A DNA stretch of 64,000 nucleotides from Octopus bimaculoides (Eukaryota). This document shows positions 23,961 to 37,269 of the stretch, one piece after another (within the stretch, counting starts at the first letter, position 1; every line of letters begins with the position of its first letter). The stretch is taken from assembly GCF_001194135.2 (NCBI RefSeq), contig NC_068982.1, positions 49,209,900-49,273,899 of the forward strand, written 5' to 3'. The notes under the pieces are model-generated. The model saw only the letters and a program-made list of their open reading frames with translations. It had not been told where the DNA came from and made no database searches. Position numbers and translations under genes: made by a program.

Positions 23961-24636
23961 TATCCATCTATCTAGCTAGATATCTGCATCAAACTATCTA
24001 TCTATCTACCTACCAATATCTCTGTGAATTTACTTTGCTCTGTCTATCTATTCAGTCTTCTTAGCTCTCTCTTTCTCTTTTCCCCTCTCTATCTATCTAC
24101 CCTCCCCCTCTCTTCTCTCTATATTAATGAAACTTTTCATGGATTGCAATGCATAAAGTATTATAATCAAGTCCAGGATAAAATACTTGAAAAAACCTGA
24201 AAGACATTTAAGACACTTGACTGATATTTATTCAAATTTATAATGTTAAATGCTATTTCTAAAATATATGAATATACAAGAAATATTGTATTTTACATGT
24301 GAATCATCAACATCATCGTCGTTTAATGTTTGCTTTCCACTCTGGCATGGGTTGAATATGTATAGTATTTCAATTCAAAGTCAGCTTCAGAATAAAAAAA
24401 GTCTTATTTGACAAGCTCTTAGTAAATGAATAAATCCAAAAACAAGATGGCATGTTGTTTAAATTATAAAAACTGCACTAAATATATTTCTTATAAAGTT
24501 ATCTTGGTTATATCCACCATGTCCCAGCATTTTTTACTCCAAATTATGACAAATCTTTAAATCATTTATGAGCAAGGAGACATCTACAGCTGTGTGGATA
24601 TATTACCAAACATCCCTTTGATCAAGGAAATTAACA

Positions 24637-25046
24637 AGCTTTTCTAATTTTGGCACAAAGTCAGCAAGTTTAAGGGGAGGGGCAATTCGATTACATTGAC
24701 CCCATTGACTAGCACTTATTTTATCAACCCATGGCAGAATTTGAACTCGGTACATATAGTCAAACAAAATGTTTCATGGCATTCCGTCTGGCATGCTAAC
24801 GATTCTACCAGCTTTCTGCCTGAATAATAATTATTATTTCAAATTTTTTCTACAAGGGCAGCTTGGGGAAGGTGGAGATGAGTCAATTACAACAACCTTA
24901 GTTTTCAGCTGGTACTTATTTTATCAACTCTGAAAGAATGAAAGGAAAAGTTGACCTTGGCAAAATTTGAACTCAAATTATAAAGACAAATGAACTACTG
25001 CTAAGTATTTTTCCCAGCATGCTAAGAATTCTGCAGGCTTGCCACC
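24637..25046 (-). mobile_element. Two tandem SINE family C copies
   Basis: Copies at ~24637-24822 and ~24845-25046, both reverse complements of the family C consensus seen at 50277. Confidence 0.65.
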
Positions 25047-25062
25047 CCTCCTGCCAGTTTAA

Positions 25063-25121
<59 letters not shown>

Positions 25122-25122
<1 letters not shown>

Positions 25123-25586
25123 TATTCCTGGCTAAGAAGGAATATATTCACAGACACGACAGAGCTGGGACCTATATACACTGGAAGCTATGCCAACACT
25201 ATGGAATAACAACAGAAAAAAGATGGTATAGACACACGCCAGAAAAGGTCACAGAAAACGAGAAAGCAACCATACTCTGGGATATGCCAATATCCCAGAG
25301 AAATTTAAGTTCAAAGAGAAATTAAGGCAAATAGACCAGATATAGTTGTCAAAGATCATAGAGAAAAAAATGCTTTCTAATTGATGTATCAATACCAGCA
25401 GATGACAACGTTTCCCTAAAAGAAATGGAAAAACTTTCAAAATACAAAAACCTGNNNNNNNNNNCAAAACACTTTCAATACAGTAACCATAAGAGCATCA
25501 CAGCAAACCACAGCACATACCCAAGGCACACAGAGCTGTGCTCGGTAGTGAAGTGAAAGCATGTTATAAAAATAAAACTACTGAAC
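25122..25586 (+). mobile_element. 5'-truncated Dong/R4-clade RLE LINE within (AAT)n
   Basis: LAKKEYIHRHDRAGTYIHWKLCQHYGI..WYRHTPEKVTENEKATILWDMPI / ANRPDIVVKDHRE / CFLIDVSIPADDNVSLKEMEKLSKYK. (AAT)n at 25064-25121 and 25587-25605; contains a 10-N gap. Confidence 0.9.
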
Positions 25587-26108
25587 AATAATAATAATAA
25601 TAATAGGTAGTGGCTCTCATGGTTTTTGATCTTAACTGATTGGAAGTGTTATCATGTACATGTTTTGTCTTGGTGTAAAAGACAGGCTACAACAAGCATT
25701 CTGCTCAATACCACAGGTTTGCTTGACCTGAAGCAGTTGAGCATGTCCTTTAGTGGCTGATAATATGTGCATCTCTGATCATAAGCCGAAGTAGTGGAGG
25801 AGCATCATAGCTATGTGCTGAGAGGAATTCTTTGAGGTTTGAATAATTCACCTCTGTAAACATGGCTGTTTCATTCAACCTCCTTAAACAGGCTTTATTC
25901 AGGGACCTTTTGAGTGAGATGGGCTACTTGACCTGAAGAAACTTCTAGCTGGGACTCACCTGCAAAGTCATGCACTGTGTATCTTGGCATGAGATCACCA
26001 TGTTGTGCACATATGGTTGTGATGCCTGTCCCTGGTGTGCCCTTATAAGATGGGTAGTCATGATGGGTATATTGGGCTTTGTATATTTGTACCCCAGTNN
26101 NNNNNNNN

Positions 26109-26155
<47 letters not shown>

Positions 26156-26469
26156 TCCTTTTACATTTAGTTTTTTAAAATTTTATTAATAATCCTTTCT
26201 ACTATAAACACAAAGCCTGAAATTTGGGGAGAGGGGGTAAGTTGATTGCATCAATCCTTCCTAATGCCAGCCATTTTACAGAGTGTGTTGGGTGCTTTTA
26301 CATTGCACCACATGGGTGCTTTTATGTTGCACTACATGGGTGCTTTCATGTGGCACTGCACAGGTGCTTTACACATACAACAGTCTTTTTTCAGTTTCTC
26401 TCTGCCAAATTCACTCATAAAGCTATGGTCTGTTCAAGGTTATACTACCATACCTCTGCTGGCTAGTTT

Positions 26470-26780
26470 GCAGAATACAGACAGTTTTGAAACTCACTAT
26501 GCAATAAAGTTTTGTATCAAAATTGTCAAAAACTGCTACAGAAACACGATATGATCCAGACTGCTTATGGATTAATTAATATGAGCCAAGCATCAGTTTT
26601 TCATTGACACAAGAGATCAGGCAAAGCAAATCCATTGGGAAACTCATGGTGATCCTCTTTTTTTGATAGTAAGGGCATCATCTACATCTACTGAATTCCC
26701 TCTGGTCAGACAGTCAAGAACGAGTACTTTGTTAAGGTCTTGAGTTCAGAAAGAGATTTCATAGAAAAATGCCTGAGCAC
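26470..26780 (+). mobile_element. Internally deleted mariner derivative (same deletion as 10130-10600)
   Basis: YAIKFCIKI..QTAYG..VFH.HK fused to IRQSKSIGKLMVILFFDSKGII..EYFVKVL. Confidence 0.65.
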
Positions 26781-27259
26781 CTTCACCAAGACAATTACTT
26801 GACTTGAAGTCTACAAAATAATCTTTACTGACACAACACAGAACACCTATAATCTTTAATAACATTTTGATAAGGTTAAACAAACCAAATAAAAGGCCCT
26901 GTAATATAAATAAAATCATGCAGTGAGCCAATAGATACTGCAAATTCCTCTTGAAACTAATATGATATGACAACATACAGAAGAGTTAGTCTAATTTTTC
27001 TTTAGTTTCTGGATTTATTGAGAATAAAAATAATTTACAGTTAGCAACTTTATATATCTAGTCATATGTGCTTTATGTACAATGATCTGTGAATCTATAA
27101 ATATAAGTACATTCTGAATTTCTAAAATTCCTCTTTAGTCATTTAAGTGCATGTACTGGATTAAGTGGTTTTCATTACAGAACTTTCCACAATGGTAAAT
27201 AACCATTTTTTTTCTTTTCTACAATTAAGAACCAATATCTTCACATATTCCTTTGGGTT

Positions 27260-27900
27260 GAATTTTGGTAGAAGGTATCACACAAACACAATAAAAAGAA
27301 AAGCTGAAAATTAATCAGTTTGAAGTCACTTTCTGTTGTTGACACCAGAATTGTATTTACAGCCATTAGCAACTGCTGAAAATGTGCAGAATCTATCTTC
27401 CATTTAGATTCCTTAAATTCTCTGTAGGATTCGATACAAAGCCAACCATTAAACTAAGCTGTTTTGCTATTTCCTGCATATCATTATTCCCAAAGGTAAA
27501 AAGTGAATCTTCTGGAATATTTCACTAAGTTAATTAAAAGTTTTCCATTTATTTTCAGAAGTTGTCGTTAATTCAAGTAGCCTGAATTTCATATTATTGG
27601 TCAAACCCATAAAAAACCGCAGTTGGTGCATATTAGATGCTTTGCCATCCTTCAAATTTATCTCTTTATAATCTGGCTGCATTTAATACTTGAGTATGAT
27701 ATTTTTCTGGCTTCACTATTTGACATTCAAGATATCTAATACTTCAAAATCATGACATGTTTGTGCATATCCTACTCTGATAGTTTGTTTAATTTTTCAT
27801 GTGCTTTACCCAGTGTATAATTTCTGTTTTGTACATCACTTCAAGAGAATTCAGAACTATACCAAACTATTTATCAATAATCTAAAATTCTTTACAAAAG
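27260..27900 (-). pseudogene. Degraded hAT transposase C-terminal remnant
   Basis: FQQLLMAVNTILVSTTE-S resembles the hAT dimerisation motif (TI.VSTA.CERGFS). Many stops. Confidence 0.35.
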
Positions 27901-28570
27901 TTGATGATTTTAATATTTTGTTTTTAGCCCCTCATATCTTGCTCTTTCTATACTACATCTTGAAACATCACAGGTCGACTCCAACAAAATACTCCTACAT
28001 TGCTTTTATAAACTGTCATATTCCCTCTTTTAGTTTGATTAGTTGAAGTAATCCAACTTACACTGAAAACATAACCAATTTTGAGTAGAGGTTGTATGTT
28101 TATATGTTTCTCTCTAGGTGTTCATTCTAAACAATAACATAACCCTAAATTTAATCAATAAAAAATTTTCCAAAACACCTTTCCATAAAAGCCTAATTAC
28201 CACCCCACTCAAAACCACACACGTAAAGATGATTTTTAACTGAATAAAGACTATATAAAAGTAAAACTAACTCCAAAGTATAATCAACTGAGGGTCATAA
28301 ACGATTCCCTTAGCAACTTAAGAAAGGTCTGAAATTGAGATGATTATTAACTCAAGAGAGAGACTATATAAAGGCAAAACTAACTTAATGCATTGCAGTC
28401 TGACAATGGCTTAGCTGATCAAAACTTCAAAGTCACTGCCAACAACATTCTTGTATAAGAATATAATACACACACACACACACACACATGTATGTATGTA
28501 TGTATGTATGTATGTATGTATGTACGTATGTAGGAGAAAGTACGAAAAAAACAACAGACGAGGACAGGTG

Positions 28571-29252
28571 NNNNNNNNNNNNNNNNNNNNNNNNNNNNNN
28601 NNNNNNNNNNNNNNNNNNNNNNNNNNNNNNNNNNNNNNNNNNNNNNNNNNNNNNNNNNNNNNNNNNNNNNNNNNNNNNNNNNNNNNNNNNNNNNNNNNNN
28701 NNNNNNNNNNNNNNNNNNNNNNNNNNNNNNNNNNNNNNNNNNNNNNNNNNNNNNNNNNNNNNNNNNNNNNNNNNNNNNNNNNNNNNNNNNNNNNNNNNNN
28801 NNNNNNNNNNNNNNNNNNNNNNNNNNNNNNNNNNNNNNNNNNNNNNNNNNNNNNNNNNNNNNNNNNNNNNNNNNNNNNNNNNNNNNNNNNNNNNNNNNNN
28901 NNNNNNNNNNNNNNNNNNNNNNNNNNNNNNNNNNNNNNNNNNNNNNNNNNNNNNNNNNNNNNNNNNNNNNNNNNNNNNNNNNNNNNNNNNNNNNNNNNNN
29001 NNNNNNNNNNNNNNNNNNNNNNNNNNNNNNNNNNNNNNNNNNNNNNNNNNNNNNNNNNNNNNNNNNNNNNNNNNNNNNNNNNNNNNNNNNNNNNNNNNNN
29101 NNNNNNNNNNNNNNNNNNNNNNNNNNNNNNNNNNNNNNNNNNNNNNNNNNNNNNNNNNNNNNNNNNNNNNNNNNNNNNNNNNNNNNNNNNNNNNNNNNNN
29201 NNNNNNNNNNNNNNNNNNNNNNNNNNNNNNNNNNNNNNNNNNNNNNNNNNNN
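28571..29252. other. Assembly gap (largest of nine)
   Basis: Run of N. Other gaps are at 1868-1877, 17307-17426, 25455-25464, 26099-26108, 33799-33808, 34542-34551, 38961-39539 and 44401-44410. Confidence 0.98.
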
Positions 29253-29660
29253 GGTGAGGGGGTGGTGATGAAGGGGGGGAAGGGGAAGGTGGATATAAGA
29301 GAGGGGGAAGGTGGGTATGGGAGGAGGGAGAAAGAGAGTAAGAGAGTAAGAGGGAGAGAAAGAGACTAAGAGAGAAGAGAGTAAAAGAGAGAAGAGAGTG
29401 AGAGAGAGAGAGTAAGAGAGAAGAGATTGAGAGAGAGAAAGAGAGAAGAGAGTGAGAGAGAGAGAGAGTAAGAGAGACGAGAGTGAGAGAGAGTAAAAGA
29501 GTAAGAGAGTAAGAGAGAGGAGAGTAAGAGAGAGGAGAGAAAGAGTAGGGGTGAAAAGAAGTAGGAGTGAAGAGAAGTAGGAGTGAAGAGAAGTGAAGAA
29601 AAATACAGAGAAGTAGGTGTCGGAGCAGGAGGGGAGAGGTGAGTGGGAGGAGAGGGGACA
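29253..29660. repeat. Purine-rich (AG)n/GAGTAAGA low-complexity array
   Basis: Recurrent GAGAGTAAGAGAG units; the long S/L-rich minus-strand ORFs here are artefacts. Confidence 0.9.
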
Positions 29661-29715
29661 TGGGTGGTAGGAAGTTGTACGTATGTACGTATGATATATG
29701 TACGTATGTACGTAC

Positions 29716-30150
29716 ATATATCATTATTCAGTTTATTTCAAGATTTTTTGCCAATAGAGAAAGAGCCGGTTTCTAACCTAGATCCAAGGTTCCTTCATTG
29801 GAATTTCAACATCAACATGTATGCATGTGCAGATTTGAATGTTTTATGTATGTATTCTTATGCATTTAGTTACATATCTAGACATGCTCATATATACTTA
29901 AATGATAAACTTCTGGAAAAAGTTTTACAGACTTTTAGAGTTCCAGTGGTGGATTGGATCTGTAGTCTTCGAATTAGCTTTCTCCTTTCTGGTTTTGAGA
30001 AGCCTAATTTCTCAAGATTGGTATTTAGGCAGTGAGTTAAATATCCCAGAGCCCCAATAATTACCAGTATAAACCTGGACTTGTAATCTGGATAGAGTAA
30101 CTGCAGATTTCTCAATAGTTCAGCATAGGTATTCTTTTTCACTGATCTTC
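29716..30150 (-). mobile_element. RLE-type LINE family 2, 3' end
   Basis: ORF 29888-30142 NTYAELLRNLQLLYPDYKSRFILVIIGALGYLTHCLNTNLEKLGFSKPERRKLIRRLQIQ, nearly identical to the 15590 copy. Confidence 0.82.
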
Positions 30151-33100
30151 AGCTTTATGCTAACATCCGCTGGACAGCTAATTTCCACAACTATGCACAG
30201 TTTCTCTTCTCTATCCCAAATCATGTATGTATGTATGTGTGTGTATGTATATGTATATATATACAACAGGCTTCATTCAATTTCCATTTACCAAATCCAC
30301 TCACAAGGCTTTGGTCAGCTCATGGCTATGGTAGAAGACACTTACTTAACGTGCCTTACAATGGACCTGCATCAAAAACCATATGGTTGGGAATAAAAAA
30401 ACGTCTAAACCACACAGCCATGCCTGCACCTATTATTGGTAAAGCACAATAGCCTTCAGCTCAGAGATGCAGTTTTTTTCTGTCTGGATCTTTACCTCAC
30501 TACTACAACAGCCTCTAATACTCTGAAGTAGTTATAAATATCACATGCATCCAGGCCCAGCTCATGCATTCATCATTTCCTTCTCATCATCTTTCCTCCA
30601 TCTTGTCTCTCTTCCCGGTTCTCAAAAACAGTACTGCATGACATCTTTTCTTCCCCAGTACAACATTCCTCTGAAATTTTCCCTTGTCTGCAATGATTTT
30701 TGAAACCTTAAACAGTAAATGTTTAAACAGAATAACAGCTGCAGTGATGTGAACAGTCTCAGAGGATCTATTAAATACATGGGGTTATTTTCCTAATCAT
30801 TTAACAAAAACTAATCCCAACATTTACTAACAAACTTTCTTGCCTGGTAAACCACACAAAATCTATATAATGAAGAGAAATTGCTTCTGTAGACAAATAA
30901 CGTGCAAAACTTTTCAGTAAATGAAGTAGCTAATGATAGGTGCAATTACCAGTATATTTTGTTTCTCCTTTTCTAATTTTGTTCTAACAAATATTAAATC
31001 TTTGAACTATCTCACCTCTTTTCGTAGACAGGTAAATATGAAGTGTAATTATATTTTATAATTAAGTATTCACCACCTAACACCTATGGTTGACTTAGGA
31101 GAAATGTAGTATGAGTCAATATGAATCTCATTATAAAACCATAATTACATTTTACTGATCTTTATTATAAAAGAATATTGGGGAATGAATGCCCACAGAA
31201 GGGTTCATTTGAGAATAACCTTATTCTCATTGCTGAGTTAATCTTAAGAATTGCAAGTTAAGTAGAAGAAAGAATATAAATCAGAGAACCTTGGAAGGTG
31301 AACCTGGTAATCCTAAATTATTAATTAGCATTAAAGGATTCAAAACCTGACAACACTAGGAATATAGCCTAGCAGCAATTTAATATTACGTGAGTACTGT
31401 AATTACAAGCAATTTATGCAAAAGAGTAAAATGTATCATGTAGTAGTAACATGCTGCAGTATGATCAACTGAGGGCCATAAATGATTCATAGGATGTTAC
31501 TTAGCAACTTGAAAAAAGGGCTGAAGTTGAGTTAATGGTAACATATTGTCTTGGTTACAAGGTAAAGGCTGAAAAAAAAAAAAGAAAACTGTTATTTCTG
31601 CTGGTAACAAAAGAACCCCACCTCTCCCCTTCTCTTCCCCTCTCTTCCCTTCTCTCTCCCACAAAAGGTCATTTATATTATGAATGTGCTGAAGCTGCAA
31701 AGATAACAACACTTCATATTAATGGCCTGATGATGGGACTGTGTTTAGGATATTCAAAATCAATAGTGCAAGTCAATTTGATTTTATTCTGAGAATGTGG
31801 ATTTATGATTATCTATGATGAAGTGAAGGAAGTTTGGACAGGTTTGACATTTAATTTGAGATAAACATCAGATATTTTGGCAAATGGAAAAAAAAAAAGA
31901 AAAGGCTAGTAAAAAGAATGGCATAAAATCAAGAAAAATTATATTGGTGAGATTTTAGGGATTAAACAAATAACGGAAATATTCACAAAAGACAAGAAAA
32001 TAGTGAGCAAATAGGATGACAATAATAATGATAAGAGCATTAGAAAGTGGGAAGTGAGGGGAAAAAAAGAAATTAATAAAAATTGAATTTAAAAAGTTAA
32101 GAAATTAAGAGTAAAAAGGAAAGAGAAAATAGATATAAGGAGGAAGGTACAAACTAAAAGAAAAGAAAAAGATATGAAGAATGTTTTAAATGGAATAATA
32201 TAGTTGAAAATAGAAGTGAGTTTGGAAAAATCATTTGCTCTGAAATCATTTCTATTGCTGAGATGGAAAGATAAATGTATAATTAAAGAAATTATGTTGA
32301 TGACTACACCAGTGTGACCTTGGGTGAGATATGAGGATTAAGGAAGATATCAGAGGAGGAAAATTAACACCAGCTTATTTTTAAGACACTACAAGGATTC
32401 TGGAATGAAAATCTGTGACTAAATTTAAAACTGAGATTTAGAATATCTTTCCTTTTTTATTTTTTTATCTTTTATCCTTTATTTGTTTCAGTTAATGCTG
32501 GGGCATTGCCTCAAACAATTTTTAGTTGAATGAATCAACCATAGTACTTATCTTTTGTTAAGCCTGATATCAGTCTCCTTTGCCAAATCACTAAGTTGCA
32601 GAAACGTAAACATATTAACATTGGTCATCAAGCAGTGGTAGGGGACAAACACAGACACAAAGATATATGTGTGTGTGTGTGTGTGTGTGTATACATGTGC
32701 ACACACACACACACACACACATACACACATATAATTATTAAGTTTGCAAATGGAGAGATCCAGTGGATACATATTAATTTATTAACTAATTAACATCTTC
32801 ACCTACAATTGTTTCATTTTGCACATACACACATAATAAATATGCTTATATATTCTTAGTCTACTGAAGTATTCCAACAGATCATAATGTAATTCTTGTA
32901 TTGTCCTTTTTCATTCCCTAATGATTTTCCACCTGAGATATTTTGAAATGCAAGCTTATGCATTTATATATGTTTTGTAGTTTAAATTGTTTGCAAAATG
33001 AAACAATTACAGGCGAGGATATTAATTGATTAATAAATCAATTTGTATCCATTGGATCTCTCCACTTTCACACTTAATAATAGTATTTGATATTTTATTT

Positions 33101-33199
33101 TTTTTATATAATATATTCATTGAAGAAATATCTATTCAAAATACAATATATTAAAGCAGTGTATCTTAGATAAAAATATCTCTATAAGAGGTCTAAATA

Positions 33200-33710
33200 T
33201 CCTTATAGTGACTATATATATATGGACTTTGAAAGATAATGAAACACCACATGTGATTAAATGGAAAGTCATTGAGAACTCCATGCCTTATGGGAATGGA
33301 TCAAATAAATGAAGCCTTGTTTAGCTGAAAGAGTGCAAATCTGTTCAGATCTAAGATCCCTAACTCTCTACTGAACTCTAGATCAGAAATTTTCAGTGGT
33401 TGCAAGCATATGTATAAATATATTTCGAAGATTTGGAAAATTCCACATATTCCTAACTCGATATCTTTCCAGCGTTATCATTTCAGGCCTAAGGACGATA
33501 GCTCTTACCTTTTTGCTTTTTACCTTTCACATTTTAGTTTACGTGTTTTCATTTTCCAATTTTTACTTTCTGTATTTTCTATCTGCTGCCTTCTCCATTT
33601 TTTTTTGCGTTTCTTCTATTATTCAATTTTCTAGTTCATTATGATATGTGGTTTGCACCTGAAGAATATGTTTGCATATTTCTCAACATAGGAAACTATT
33701 AGTAGCACTT
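33200..33710 (+). mobile_element. Penelope-like element 3' remnant (GIY-YIG C-terminus plus pLTR with degenerate hammerhead)
   Basis: IWTLKDNETPHVIKWKVIE..PYGNGSNK*SLCLAERVQI / LLNSRSEIFSGCKH resembles the PLE LCL.EK..LN.RSE..CRH motif. CTGAAGA..stem..GAAAC at 33659-33696. Confidence 0.7.
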
Positions 33711-33735
33711 AAATACATGCTTTGTGCCCTTTAAA

Positions 33736-33776
<41 letters not shown>

Positions 33777-34551
33777 TATTTATATATATAAGTGTGTGNN
33801 NNNNNNNNAAGCGGACGTTAAACGATGATGATGATGATGATGATAAGTGTGTGAGTATATATATATATGTGCATATTGAACTGTGGTGATGCTGGGTTAC
33901 CATCAAAGAAGAGTACACACAATTGTATCAACTTTGTACACAACTGGAACTTACTTATCACCCTCAGATGGATGAATGATAAAATCAACCCAAGAGGATT
34001 TGATAAGTAAAATAAATGACAAAATGTTTTATACAACAGTCTACCTATTCTGTTTCACTAAAGAAAATTTTGTTCTTTGTTCGTTAACTTTTAGATTAAT
34101 CTTGTATCAATTTTTTTTTAACTGTTATGAAATGGAATGAGAATTGAAGCATATTGAATATTTCTCTGCTTGTACTGTTTTATGGATATCTTTCAGTACC
34201 CATGTGACAGTTCCTTGTCAGTTAGAAATGCATGTAAATGTTAAGATAAATGTTAAAATAAGTATACATTTATGTCGATTGTGAAGAATGGGGATTTTGC
34301 TTCGTTTGTTTTTATTTAATCCATTCAGGATAGTGGTTCTGAAATATGGAAGGAGGTTTGCATTTATTTCATAACTCATAAATGTGTAACAACTCAAATA
34401 TGTTAGAGTTTACATAAGCCTATAGCACAATTTCAGTAGCGAGATTTGAACGCCTAGTTTTTAGAATTATTGCATTGTATCATTGAAGTTAGTCTATTTC
34501 TAGTTATATATATATATATGTACATATATATATATATATATNNNNNNNNNN

Positions 34552-34587
<36 letters not shown>

Positions 34588-35338
34588 GAGAGAGAGAGAG
34601 ACCGATAAATATTGGTTTGTTGGCTACAATGTGTTTTTCTTTCTTCCGTTTACTTGAAAATTCATGAGCTTACAGCTAGTCATCACTGGTGCCACAGTTC
34701 AGACACTAAACATTTCTGATCTCCTTTACCGGGTAGATAAGAACTGAGACAAACAGCTGAGTGTATAAGTATTAAAATGACCATCTATACATACCAATAT
34801 TGAATATTCCACAAACAAAACAGACAATATATTATATAGACATTTTGTCACTACTCTTTTCATGATACTATTTCCCATTTACTATGTACTTCTTTTACAA
34901 ACAAAAGAAGAAAGGAAAAAAATATTCATGGTAATCCAACAAAGATAAAAAAGAAGTGCTTTTAGTGGATGGATATTTAATGGCTGAACATAATTCTCAT
35001 GATATTAACCATCACAGAGGAAAATAATAATTCTAAAGAATCATTCAATGAATCTCATTCTGCTTCAGTTTGGTTAAATCACATATGCTCTTCCAGACAG
35101 ACTGTATGAATATCATTAAATACAGGAATAAATAATCTGGCAAAGGAGCTGTGACAATTAATGTTAAAGGAAAATTATAAACCACATTACACCATAGAAG
35201 TCTTACAGAATTAATTAATTTATGTGCATTGTACTTTGGTTCCATACTTTATACGATGCATTGTATATTATGAAAAGCTAATTGCCAGATACACACAACC
35301 AGATGATTTATTGACTGATATGTGTGTGTGTGTGTGTG

Positions 35339-35384
<46 letters not shown>

Positions 35385-35388
<4 letters not shown>

Positions 35389-36770
35389 TCATTTAATGTT
35401 AATGCTTACTCTAGCATGGATTGGAAGGTTTGACAGGATCCAGTGAGCCAATGGCATGCATAGTGCTCCATGTCAGCTTTGGCAGGGTTTCTATGACTGG
35501 ATGCCCTTCCTACCTCCAACCATTTGCGTACCGGGTGCTTTTTTCATGCCACTGGCTCTACTGGCATTGTCCAATAACTTGCAAGGCAGGAAAGAACAAG
35601 AAAGGGAAAATGCAAAAGCCCTTTCAACTAAGTTGGGGTGGGGAAATATTTGAGAGGGAGAAGAAGTGATTTTTATGCTAGAGACAAAGAGATGTATCTG
35701 GGAAAAAGTAAGATGGTAGTGATGGGGTGGCAGAACAGAACTCTTGAGAAACAAGAGATGATACATGCAGCAATTCAGACGGTGGAGTCATAAGAGTTGA
35801 AGGGGAGAATACCAGATGGTTAGAGATGGGGGTAGAAGTAAATGTAGTGAGTGACAAACAGGAGTGGAGGCATAGATGTAATGGAAAATATGAGTATAGG
35901 TGGGGATGGGTAAGATGAGAGAGAGGAGTGACTCAGGTATGAAAGTTCAGAAAGTAAGAGATGATAAGCAAGCAATACATTGGAGTGATTGGGAAGGGGT
36001 AAATAAAGTGAAGGGGCATGGTGACAGACAAGAGTGGATACTGGAAATAATAGCCTATATGTAAGGAGTTAAGATAAAGCATGGCAGAGGAGGGTGAAAA
36101 GAACACCTGGAAGCTCTTGGGAAAGGTTGATAATGAGAATGAGGGATGGAAGTAGAAGGAAGAAGGGAAGGAAGGCAGTAACATGTAGCACAAAATGTTA
36201 GGTGATGTAATATGTGTCAAGGAAAGATGGTACTTGGGAGAAAGGCTGAATAGGGAGATGAGATGTAGGGAATGCTTGACTGAGCAGTGAGGATGTAGGA
36301 ACAGGACCTTGCACATACAACCAAACAAAATTATTTTAGAACCTCATATTTGCTGTTGTCTTCTCAAGCAGAGCAAATCATCAGTCACCTTAATTCTTTG
36401 TCATTTCCTCCATTAGGTTCAGTGTCTTGAAACCAGCCTTCACTATTTCATCCTATGTTTTTCTGGGTTTTTCTCTACTAAATGTTCCAGCAGCAGACAC
36501 TTCTTTATTCAACAGTCCTCATTCACATGCATCACATCACCAAACCAGCACAGTCTTCTCTCTTGCACACTACATTTGAATCTTCTTAGGCATATTTTTT
36601 CTCAGTACATTAGCACTTTGCTGTACAAGCACACTGGCACTGCACATCACATCTTATAGAACAAGTTAGCTTCATTCCTCTCTAGTCTTTGCATATTCAC
36701 TACATTCACAGCTACATCTCACTCACCAAATTCCATGGCCTTTTACAGGGCCTCCATGATAGCTGAGGGA
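35385..36770 (-). mobile_element. Old RTE LINE 3' part with a long pyrimidine-rich 3' UTR
   Basis: 36345-36770 gives KPRKT*DEIVKAGFKTLNLMEEMTK.., the same C-terminal motif as the 20150 copy. The purine-rich plus-strand tract 35570-36340 is followed by the RTE terminal sequence at 35385-35570. Confidence 0.6.
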
Positions 36771-36997
36771 AGGAGTAAGTTATCTAGATATGTAGTCAGA
36801 TGCTTACAGTGGAATGGGATCTGCAAAAGGTAGCAAATTGTGCCAAGTGGTGGAGTTAAATCAGGGACTGATTAAGTCTACCACCCAAGTAGGCTGAAGG
36901 TAGGATTTCAATTCAAAACACAAAGAGCCACAACAAATACCACGAGGTACCTGGAATGATTTTTTTCTTAATGTCTCCACTTATCCAACATCTTGGA

Positions 36998-37080
36998 TTA
37001 GTATTTTCATTTTATTAAACCTAGAAGGATGGTGGGCAAAGTAAACACACACATATACAGAGAGAAAGAGAGAGAGAGAA

Positions 37081-37116
<36 letters not shown>

Positions 37117-37134
37117 GGAGAGAGAGATAGAGAA

Positions 37135-37184
<50 letters not shown>

Positions 37185-37198
37185 ACACACACACACAA
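36998..37198. repeat. (AG)n/(CA)n microsatellite block
   Basis: Visible tandem repeats. Confidence 0.9.
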
Positions 37199-37269
37199 AA
37201 TACACTCTATCTTACTTAGATATATCTAGAACAAAGTCTTTTCTGGCTCAGAGTCTCACTCTTTCATTA

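Noticed and set aside
28411-29724. The longest ORFs in the track (437, 432, 293 and 268 aa)
   Set aside because: They consist of translated N-gap and AG/CT low-complexity sequence.
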